The position numbers and the translations under genes were made by a program. A stretch of 61,949 bases of DNA, the filler included, from Dirinaria sp. TL-2023a (lineage: Eukaryota): NCBI GenBank assembly GCA_051941275.1. It is 6 parts of 6 records of this genome, joined end to end, with 100 filler letters (N's around TTAATTAATTAA, not from the genome) between each part and the next. Parts side by side here need not be neighbours in the genome. Positions count along the whole stretch, not along the records: positions 31,040 to 41,279 come from JAVEBF010000961.1; positions 41,380 to 51,614 come from JAVEBF010000962.1; 4 more parts are not named here. The stretch is one strand, 5' to 3'. Under the pieces are notes generated by a model, which ran no database searches, had not been told where the DNA came from, and saw only the letters and a program-made list of their open reading frames with translations. Of this stretch, positions 38,196-48,232 are shown one piece after another (the first letter of the stretch is position 1; each line of letters begins with the position of its first letter).

Positions 38196-39134
38196 TCGAG
38201 ATACCCTTTGACGCTGGCAGAGAATCAGCAGAGCCGCGGCCAGCGGCAAGTGACGTTTTTGGGGAGGCTCTTGATGGCAGATGGCCTCCTGGTGATGAAT
38301 CTCATCGCCGATTTTGTTCTGAATTTTACTGTTTCCATCGTTGCTTTCTGGGTCGAAGTTCCACCTTCGTCATAAGAACGGAAGAGTAAGCTCTGTGTTC
38401 ATAAGGGGGGAATAGATCATTGGAGAGCTACATTGCGAATCGTTCATATCAAATCAAGTAAAGGTTCGCTTGGCGTATGGATACGTACTGTCTATGTGAC
38501 CAGTATGGGTCACACTGTTTCAAGATCGAAGGCCGATGGCAGGGGATCTCAAATTGCTCCTGAAGATGATTAATGGTGGAATGACTACTACCACTCGTGG
38601 TTGACTGTCTTGGTATTGCAGCCAACCCGAAAGGAGCTAAGCTGCTTCACCCAATACTCCGTACCTCAAGTTCTCAACAACTGGAGGCTAGTCCACTAGT
38701 CCCACGCTCGCCACGCTAGGCTTATCATGGGACTATCAGTAATCCGGTCTGAGGTGGAAGCCAGCTGCATGACAAGACTCGATGACTCGTTCTCAACCTC
38801 GTCAATCCAGCATGAAGTAGTCAGGAATATATATTTCGCATATCTTCCATTGTACAGGCGCACTCCCTTAAGGTAAATCTATGATCTACGAGGTTTCATA
38901 GTGAACGTGTATCCTATCATTGCGATGCCTTTGACGCTTTCCTAAATCGGCAATGACCTCCCCTTGTCACGCTTGGACCACCCCCGTTCTATCCAACAGT
39001 TCTATCCAACAAAAACCTAATCGATAGCACAAGCAGATAAAATTCCCAGCCATCACCTCAAGCTTACCTGAACTGTGCCTTTACTTCGAGTATTGAAAGA
39101 GTTGTGGTGTATCTAGACCTCCAGTCCAGGCGTC

Positions 39135-40835
39135 ATGGCTTTCTTTCAGCCTACCTTCGCTCCTCCCCGCCACGCTTCTCCCCGGCAAGATCACGACCCT
39201 CCAACTCTGCCGCCGACGATCCAACAAAAACCGGTTCGAGAATCTCAAGAATGGGTTCTTTTCCCAGCGCAGACAAATTCATCCACTCAAACACAGACAA
39301 CATCGACCACACGAACACCAGGGACAGCTGGTCTGTCAAGGCTGAGTGACTTTGGCTCTCTAGACACTGCTGCGAGATCTGGGCGACACGATGGTGACGA
39401 AGCAGCTATAGATGATGACGAACTTGACAGTCTAGACGATGGTCTACATGCTTTTCACGCACCTTCCTCACTGTATCAAGAGCCGAGACATTACGACCAA
39501 AGCAACTCAATATTACCCACGCATGATGGACTTGGGACTTTCCGGCCCTCTAGTCCATCGTTTCAGGAGCAGATATGGCACTTTGAACAATACAATCCTC
39601 GGAAGAGGACGCTTGAAGGCCATCCCAGACGAAGGTCCAGTGTCCAGAGAAGGTTGGACGCTGTTGAGGAGAATGAGGAGGCGAATATGGAAACGGAGCG
39701 GGTGGAGAGGATTCAGAAATGGAGGCTCGAACAGTCAAGAGCCCTTTTGGATGAAGTAGAGAAGCAAACCAGGAGAAGGATGAGCCATTCCAGTCAGCGT
39801 CTATCCGCAGGAGCCAACCATCTGGCAGAAGAGTCTGCGGAGAAAATAACAAATGAACCATCTACGGTCATTGAAGCACCTCGGGATCCGTCCAAAGCGT
39901 CGAATCTACCGCCAGAAGACAACGACTCGTTTTGGCAGCGAGTCACTCGCCGAGTGATCCGGGACTTTATCGGCATCGACGATGCCCTGCTCTCTGTCAT
40001 CCTGGGTGAGGCTCTGCCGATCGACAAACCGAGACCATCGGTCGGCCTCGCGGCCTCGAAATCCGTCCCCGACCTTTCTGCGATAACCGCATACTCAACC
40101 GGTTGGGAGACACGGCTACTCGACCGTCTTGCACGTGAGCTTGGTATTGTGGTGCAACAGCTTTCGGACCATCCAGGCGCATTCACCGCGCACTCTCCAC
40201 GCTCAATCTCAGACTACGCCGGTATGCCCATATTGTCCTCACCGGCTGCCCAGCCTACCGCATCAGACGCCGCGTCTCAAGACCCTCTGGCTGGCTCCTC
40301 CACCACACCCCAATTCAGACCCACGCTCGCCAATCACCGGGCCCCATCTTCGCGCTCAGACACTCACCACGCCTCCCTTTGGGGCATCGAAGAAGAAAAA
40401 CCATCGCCACCAGGACCCGCGCAACAAACCGAAAACCATCAAACCGACTTGGATTACTGGCAACAGCCGCCGACCCTCAAAACGATTTTCCGCTTCCTCC
40501 ACCAACGCTTCACGTCTTCCCGACCTGCTCCCCCTCGTCCGACGAACATCGCCACCAGCGTGACATCCGAGAGCCTGAGGCGAGCGGCGGTCATCAGAGC
40601 ACATCATCCGCTCGTGTCGACGAGAATGCATCATCATCATCACGCGCGGAGGAATGCGTTTGCGTACGGACATGGCGGAGGCCGGAGAGCCGAGAGCAGC
40701 TGCGCCAGCGTCAGCAATATGCGCTGGCGAAGCGGGAGCAGTAGGAATTACTGGGATTTGGCGGGCAGTACGGCCGGGAGCGGGAGTTTGGTGGGAGTCA
40801 GCGGGTATGGTCTTGGTGGATGGGGGGAGGTTTAA
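39135..40835 (+). CDS. Uncharacterised fungal protein, 566 aa
   Basis: Long intronless ORF with ATG in good context (GTCATGG). Short ordered blocks (SQEWVLF, LPTHDGLGTF, RIQKWRLEQSRALL, FWQRVTRRVIRDFIGIDD) sit in disordered sequence. Confidence 0.85.
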   Translation: MAFFQPTFAPPRHASPRQDHDPPTLPPTIQQKPVRESQEWVLFPAQTNSSTQTQTTSTTRTPGTAGLSRLSDFGSLDTAARSGRHDGDEAAIDDDELDSLDDGLHAFHAPSSLYQEPRHYDQSNSILPTHDGLGTFRPSSPSFQEQIWHFEQYNPRKRTLEGHPRRRSSVQRRLDAVEENEEANMETERVERIQKWRLEQSRALLDEVEKQTRRRMSHSSQRLSAGANHLAEESAEKITNEPSTVIEAPRDPSKASNLPPEDNDSFWQRVTRRVIRDFIGIDDALLSVILGEALPIDKPRPSVGLAASKSVPDLSAITAYSTGWETRLLDRLARELGIVVQQLSDHPGAFTAHSPRSISDYAGMPILSSPAAQPTASDAASQDPLAGSSTTPQFRPTLANHRAPSSRSDTHHASLWGIEEEKPSPPGPAQQTENHQTDLDYWQQPPTLKTIFRFLHQRFTSSRPAPPRPTNIATSVTSESLRRAAVIRAHHPLVSTRMHHHHHARRNAFAYGHGGGRRAESSCASVSNMRWRSGSSRNYWDLAGSTAGSGSLVGVSGYGLGGWGEV

Positions 40836-41170
40836 GAAGACTGGATTTCGGTCAAGGAAGGTATATTGGGATGAGTGAATGAGTGATGATATATCAAGAC
40901 CGGCGCTTGGTAAATTGATTGGTGTTGTTTGGATAGAATAGCATAGCGTAGGATAGGATATGCGTGGGCGGTAGTAAGAAGTTTTTTTTTTTTTTTTTTT
41001 AACGATGGACAGAGAGGAGTACTGTAGTTCGTTTATTTATCTGGGTGTTTTTGGTTCCCTCCCTCCCCACCTTATTTCATTTCGCGGCTACCTACCTTAT
41101 GATGATGATGATGATGATAATTTATATCCACTGGGCCCATACCTTACACTTATTCTGCTTCCATAACATA

Positions 41171-41279
41171 AGATAACGTAGATAAAGTAGATAAAGTAGA
41201 TAAAGTAGATAAAGTAGATAAAATAGATAAAATAGATAAAATAGATAAAATAGATAAAATAGATAAAATAGATAGATAG
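41171..41279. repeat. 9-bp tandem repeat (GATAAAGTA changing to GATAAAATA) at the contig end
   Basis: About 12 units read directly; poly-T (40982-41000) and (GAT)n (about 41100-41118) lie nearby. Confidence 0.95.
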
Positions 41280-41379
41280 NNNNNNNNNNNNNNNNNNNNN
41301 NNNNNNNNNNNNNNNNNNNNNNNTTAATTAATTAANNNNNNNNNNNNNNNNNNNNNNNNNNNNNNNNNNNNNNNNNNNN
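41280..41379. other. Artificial contig-join spacer
   Basis: N44-TTAATTAATTAA-N44. Confidence 0.99.
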
Positions 41380-41989
41380 GGGTGGGACATATTGAGGAAT
41401 TGAAAACGTTTGCGAAGGTCTGGCCGCCGCATGTTAATCAGATTGAGGTGAGTGCTTCCTTTTTTTTGACGGCAGATTCGTGGTTTACAATTCTTTGCTC
41501 TGGGAGACTTGGAGAGCGACATCTGATCACCTTTGTCTCTTTTATTCCATCTGGCTGCCGACTAAATCCAACAGCGTCAAGAATCGAATCTCCTTTCACA
41601 TCTGCTGATTTAGGGTCCAAATCAAATTCCAAATAACGATACTGATTTTTCCCCAGCTCCACCCCTTCTGCCAACAACGCACCATAGTCTCCTACTGCTT
41701 CTCCCAAAACATCATCGTCGAAGCCTACTCCCCCGTCGTGCGGAACCAAAAAGCCCACGACCCAACCCTGACCCGCATCGCGAAACCCCACCACAAAACC
41801 GTCGCTCAGGTCCTGATCCGGTACTGTCTGCAGAAAGGCTGGGTGCCGCTCCCGAAGAGCGATACCAAGAGCCGGATCGAGGAGAACGCGGATGTGTATG
41901 GGTTTGAATTGAGTGAGGAGGACATGCGGGTGCTGGATGGGTTGGATCAGGGCGACGAGGGCGCGATCGTGGAGGCTGTTGTTAATTAA
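41380..41989 (+). CDS. Aldo-keto reductase, C-terminal part only (5'-truncated)
   Basis: Exons 41380-41447 and 41657-41989: PHVNQIE|LHPF..VEAYSP..KTVAQVLIRYCLQKGWVPLPKS..RIEENADVYGFEL. Confidence 0.92.
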
Positions 41990-43416
41990 GGTAGGAGGTG
42001 GAGAAATTGTGGAGGAGGAAAAGATGTATATAATTTTTTCGCCGCTTTATTCTAGGTATTGTATCTATCAATTCGTCAGTCTTAACTCGTGGTCTGACAC
42101 TTGAAAGGTGGAAGACCAAAAACGCAAGCGCCGAGCTTTACGAAATTGGAAACTACCACCTTCTTACACTCCTCCCTACCTATCTCAATCTCGAAGCTAC
42201 CTTACCAAACAATCCAATTCCAATCCCATACACACTAAAACCCTCCATCCTCCGTTCTAAAGAACAGACAAAACCCCCTCCCCCCCCTTCCTGAAAAATT
42301 AAAAAAAAAAAAAAGAAAAACTCCTCAGCAAAGCAGAAATCTGAAGCGCGCTTTCAAGAAGAACGTCCTCAACAAGCTTACTACTTCGAGATGCAAGTTT
42401 GCCTCGATATTATTCGCATCGAAGAAAGGGCTTCGGTCTAATACCACGATAGTATTTGCTCTATTTTAAACGACCCCGTAGAGGCTGATGCGTTTGCTTA
42501 ATGAGTTCAGGGGGATGGCGTGCAAAGCCCATAAGAGTTGGTATTCCGGGGTCTTGGTAACTTCGCTATCGGATCTTGTGGGTGAAGGGCTTTTGACACA
42601 GTTCGATTGCGATTTCCTAGTCTTGTCATTCTGAGTAATCTGAGTGTCCTTCTCCGCATGTTGAGGCTGTGAATTGTAGAGGTTGTAATAGTAGTAGTAA
42701 CGTCATTGTAGAGGTGCCATCCGGAGTTCTTCCGTTGATATTCGGGTGAGGATTTGGGAGGCTCGATTAGCAGGGAACAACAACGGTTACGGTAGAGTAT
42801 TGTCTTCGCTGATTGCTGGAGGCGTTTTCTTTTTGGGTGTTGGTGGTATTTGCGCACTAATTGCCTTCGTTACGGAGTTCAAGAGTATATTTTCTGCAGC
42901 GGTGAGTTGAGTTGGGAAGATAGCCTAGGTTTGGATGGAACTAGGAGACAGCTCTCAAACGATACGTGTGACAGGAGAGAGCGTGTATTGAGTCCTTGAT
43001 TCCTCGGTAGTAGAGCTGTCAAAGAAGAAAGGTGTTGGAAGTGTTGCATGCTAGGTGTTGTTGCATGCATGCTTTGTGTTGTTCGCTTCAGGCACCTCCC
43101 CACACTATTTAAACCATAGATGAGCACCCACTTTCTTAGAGTTAGCAATGCATGCAAAGTCAGTTTCCAATTAAAAGGAAATAGAATCAGGATGGTAATA
43201 TTGTCAAGACATGGAATACAGAGATATAAACGGAAAAGCGGAAGCCGGTAAAGACCGGAGATTTTTCTCACACTTTTAAGCGAGTGTCAGGTGATTTCTT
43301 CTCAATTGTTGTGCCAGTGTTCGCTAACTGAATAGTAGCCTCTTCAACCACTTTAGCCCTGCATCTGAAGGTTTTCGTTGAACTCCCTCTGCAGTTTTAC
43401 TAGATCCGCTCGAGTC

Positions 43417-44851
43417 ATGGACACCCATCATATGATCCTATTCGTTTGCTGGACCACATTGCTGCTCATCTGTGGCTTCTGCTGGATACGACCATCAAAC
43501 CCCTGGGTTCGTAACATTGGTACTGCCATTGCAAAATGTGTAGCCTTCATCCCCAACCAAATGACTGAACGTCCGAAGAAAAAGGCAAAGAAGTATCAGC
43601 GGTTGCATATGAGAGGAGCACGTTTCAGGAAAGTCGTTCACGTTCACCACCACATATCCAATTCTAGCTCTTCTGAGAAGCGTCCGGAAGATGTTGGACC
43701 GGACTCCAAGACAGCCAAACAAATGGACGGAACGAAAGATCTAAACACTGCACTTGGTAAAGTGACTGTGTACAATGAACAGGTACCAAAATCCGAGCTT
43801 CCGGTATCTTTTCAACATGGATTAAGCTGACGGTGGCAAAAGGGAAACTCACCGCTGTTCAAAAAGCTACCTTACGAGATCCGTTACCTCGTGTACATGG
43901 AGTTGCTTCTGTCAATGATCCCTCCTGGCGCTCCTGGCGCAGTCATCCCATCGGACTTCTTGATGAGTGGATTTCAGTTGGGCCTGGTTGGTTACCGCGG
44001 ACGATTGCCCTTCAGTGGCTTGAAGCCTATACTATACCCTACGATCCTTCGTACATGCCGCAGGATATATCACGAGGGACTGCGTATACTTTATGGCGAA
44101 AACACCTTCGAATTTAAGACCGTCAAGCCATTGATTCTCTTTCGCAGTGCAGGACTGTCCGCAAAGTCTGGTAAGCCTTGCAGCGGGCCCGTATCATTAT
44201 TCTTTCCGAAGGACTAATGTCCTTTATGTTCTTGACTGATTTGAGTGTTTTCAGCGGATACAAGCATTCATAGCGTTGAATTCCAGACTGTGACCCCAGC
44301 GCAATGGCCCCCGGTACCATGGCTGCCGGCGCAATCAGCGTGCGAACATGTTCGATCTTACGGCATGATGAGCAACACCGCTGTTGGGACACCAATTTTT
44401 GGCGGGGAGACAAGCCCTCAAGGAAGACTAACCATGATCCGAAAGCTCAGGCTGAAGATGGAACCTAGAGCAAGAGTCACCGATCGCGGCGATCCATTTA
44501 CTCTGAAACCTTTGGTTGAAGCGGAATGGGGTCCTTTTTTCTTCCCGAGTCGGTGTGATTGCGGCCTCGACGGGGTTGCTTTTCCAGCACTGGAGATCCT
44601 AGCTTTGGACTTCGGAAACTGGGCTTTGACGCCACACGAACGCATCGCGGTAGGTCATTGCTTCAGGCTTTTTCTCAGGTCTCAAACTATCACTGATAAC
44701 GATCACTGTGTAGATTCAGCAGATTATCGATCGATTCGCCAAGCCGGGGGGGTTGAGACGCCTTGTCGTTAGTGGAATGAGCGATAAGTATACTTTGACA
44801 AGGCTGAAAGGCGGCCTCGTAGCGGAGGGTGGAGAATTCGTTGTTGCATGA
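43417..44851 (+). CDS. Orphan protein with an N-terminal hydrophobic segment and an F-box-like (SPLFxKLPxEIR) domain, 4 exons
   Basis: Exons 43417-43782, 43843-44170, 44255-44649, 44714-44851 splice in frame with branch points. QGNSPLFKKLPYEIRYLVYMELL..PTILRTCRRIYHEGLRILYGENTFEF is a common fungal F-box-like/2EXR-like signature. Confidence 0.75.
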
Positions 44852-45686
44852 TTGATCAGAGAGATCCATTTGTGGATGTTAATAAGATACGCCCGAGGGC
44901 TGCAGAGGTGCAGCCCTGTCAAATTTGCATTTCGGCTTAATCTCGGGGCCATTCGAATATTAAGTAAGCCCCTTTGTGTATCCCTGAAGCCCTTGCACCC
45001 ACTTGTACACCAACACACTACCTTATGCCAATGACTTGGCCTTGGCCTTTGCACAGACTCTGCATCGTGAGACCTCCCTCCTTACGCAATACCTATAGCT
45101 TCCGCCATATGGGCAATGAAGAGCCCTTTATGGCGCCCGCTCAAAGCTACTACCTGCCGCGCCAATCTAAGTCTATCTGCATGTCTTCATGGCTGAGATT
45201 GGAATTATATGTTTCAATGATGGCTAATCTATCTTTCATTCAAAATTCCAGCTCACCCATCTTTTGGGTTTTCATTGATGATGGTCGTAGGTATTTCTGA
45301 TGCGTCCATGAGTACTACCGTAGTGAAGCTCGCCAGTTTCTGTTGCAGGCTTGATACACAGAGAGAAAGATCGTCCATGATTGATGCTGGATGAAGGCTT
45401 ATCTAGATAGTACTAACCAATAACAGAGGTGACCGTCAAATTTATTGACTAGATCCTCATAGAACTCCCAGGATGAATCTTCGAGCCTCAATCGAATTGT
45501 TCATTGTTTTTGTTCCCTTCTTTGTTATTTCCATTCTTCGACGGACAATGAACATTGCATCTCATATAGAGCCCTCTATGACTTGTTCGTCAACAAAAGG
45601 AGTCTTGCCCACTCCCATGCTTCAAGTGTCCTATTTTATCGTCTCAGAACAGTCACTACAACCTCTGCTGCACTTCGCACCCAAGC

Positions 45687-46480
45687 ATGCCCCAAGCTCA
45701 GTTCGAACGGTAATTCTTCCCCTAGATTGTGATATTTCATCTTGGGCGCTGATGCTAACTTCAAACCGCAGCAACACCAAGCCGCTGGCCGGCGACCAAC
45801 CTCCACGGCACCCTCCTCCAGCTTACACCGAACAATATAGACCTCCTCTCCCGGTAAGCGCTCTTGTTTCCTCCCCCTCCTTTCCATCTTTCTCGCGTGC
45901 TTTCTTCTCATACTTGACATCAAATCGTCGTGCGCCACCCAGCACTCTGTCTATGTTATATCTTAAACACAGCTCAAGTAAATGTCTCTAGATTCGCTAC
46001 GTCCCTCCCCACCGAACCAATAGGCCCAACACTCCTCGTGGCCCTGTGCCTCCCAACCCCACGAACAGACCCAACGCTCCTCGTGGCCCTGCGCCTGCCT
46101 ACCAGAATAGTAGGCCTAATCCCACTCGCGGGCCGCCGCCTGCCTACCAGAATAGGAGGCCTAATCCTACTCGCGGCCCGCCGCCTGCCTATCAGAATAG
46201 GAGGCCTAATCCAACTCGTGGCCCGGCGCCTCCTAGCCAGAGCAATAGGCCCAACGGTATTCGTGGCCCAGCACCCTCCTTCCAAAATAACAGAGCCAAT
46301 CCACCCCTTAATCAAGTCCGTGCACAATCTCCCCATATCGTTGGGCAAAAAATGCAGGGTGCAACAAGGTCTAATGGAGAGAACCCAACGAAAAGAGAAG
46401 ACGATTCAAATCCTATAGAAGATTGCCTTTGTGGATGCTGTTTCTTGTTATCGTGTTTTTGCGGCGGCGACGGTCTTTGA
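45687..46480 (+). CDS. 197-aa Pro-rich tandem-repeat protein with PPxY motifs and a Cys-rich (CYSTM-like) C-terminus
   Basis: Exons 45687-45709, 45772-45853, 45992-46480 total 594 nt in frame. Introns GTAATT..GCTAAC..CAG and GTAAGC..TAG. Ends EDCLCGCCFLLSCFCGGDGL. Confidence 0.75.
46019..46288 (+). repeat. Six 45-bp coding tandem repeats (15 aa, consensus about xRPNPTRGPPPAYQN)
   Basis: Units NRPNTPRGPVPPNPT, NRPNAPRGPAPAYQN, SRPNPTRGPPPAYQN, RRPNPTRGPPPAYQN, RRPNPTRGPAPPSQS, NRPNGIRGPAPSFQN. Confidence 0.92.
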
Positions 46481-48232
46481 CTTACTGTGAGGGTATGGCG
46501 CGAAAGGAGGAAGCAGAGGTGGGTAAGAGTGAGGTTCTTAAAATCGCTTGTACAGTACCAGTTAATGGTGCTTCTGATGGTAATGCGCTAGGCGCCTGTG
46601 ACGATCGTTGACTGAGTTTGGCAAGCTAGATGTTAGGATATAAGAAGCTACGATTCTGGAGAGATTCGATGCAGGAATCTATACGTGGACATCGAAGCAG
46701 GCACTCGAGACCTGAGTCCGCCGTGATCAATTTTCCAGAAAAGAATCAATACAACTTTAGTCGCCGAACCTTAACGGTCAGAAGAGAACTTTGACCTATG
46801 GTAGCATGTTAATATTCATTGATAATCGCATACTTCTATTTGATTTTGCGTATGAAGTGAAAATCACCCCGTCCAATCAGATGCCAGTGGCAAAAGCCGT
46901 GCGGAGCGACGTTATTACAGAGACCTCAAGATTGAGGAGATAGATTCTAGCTTTATCAGCGTCGGAGAGAATAAAATAAGTGACACAGCGCAGAAGCGCG
47001 CTGCAGTAGTTGAGAAGTAGAATCGATGAATCTGCTTTGTTCTGATCCGAAAAAGGGAATTTTGCCAGGATTCTCATGCTCCGTCAACGGAGACAAAGAC
47101 GAAACAAAGAATCTATGCTTCCCTTCCAAATAATGTCTTATACTGCAAAGCACTTGCTGATCATGAAATAAAATGTAACTAGTGTGCCAGATGAACTCTG
47201 ACTCATCCAGCTATCAAGCTTGAGAGCGCATTCGAAACGCTCCAAAATCGATATCGAGACAATATCTGAAAACGAGCTGATGTAAAGACTTTTGATTGCT
47301 AGCATGTGAGACCTCTTTTAAAACCACTGAGTAGCTCAACGGCTCTGGCACTGAGCTGATGCTCTTACGTTACCAAGGTAAATTAAAGAGATGAATGGAA
47401 TCATAATTCTCAGACATGAACATCATTTTAGCCAAGACTTCAGATAGTAGACGCACCGACTCAAAGATCAGTATGGTTTGTAGAAGAATACAAGTCTTAT
47501 TTGGAGCCGTAATCCATGAGTGCAACGTGTCAGATCTGAAATTGTGACAGATACTGAAAGGGTTTGAATACGAGAACCAGATGACCTGTTGTAAAATGTG
47601 TCTTGGAGGATACATGCTGTTGAAATTTCTCATGTATGGAGAGCTCTGTAGAATGGAAGGGCACTGATTGTTAGATCTTTATTTTCCGAATCCTTGAACT
47701 TAATCGATGAAAGCTGCTTTCTGGCATTGAGACGATATGGCTGGTGTTGCTTTCTTTGTCCCAATATTCTAGCAGGCTGCTGATTGCAAGCGAAGCATAT
47801 GATCGGCATGACGATGACCTAGTCTAGCACTAAAGCGCTGTTGTCAAATATGCAAATCGAAATTCGAGCGTTGAATGAACATCAAACCTGGAGCATTGAG
47901 AGGTGGGAGGGATGAGCAGGTGAAAACGAGCACCTCTCCAGCCTTACATGTTTGAGGCTTAGATATGTGGCGCAGCAGACGAGTTATCCGGTATCTTAGA
48001 GCATCTTTGCGCAACAACTACATGATCTCATTCACAGCTGCAGCACTGTTATTTTCAAGCATCACCAGCTGTTCGGCCTCGAATTTTCGGAATTGTCAAT
48101 ATCATCTGGAAACAGCAGCCCAGCAATATGTGCGCTACTGCATCCAGCGTGCAACTCGGGACCCGGACGTCATACTACCTTACCGATCATCCCCAAGCCG
48201 GTGGACCTGAGACCGTTCCGATTTAGCCAAGC

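Noticed and set aside
46019..46288. Repeat protein as a fungal RiPP (dikaritin/KEP) precursor
   Set aside because: There is no signal peptide, no regular KR sites (RR is followed by Pro in only two units), and no DUF3328-like gene on the contig.
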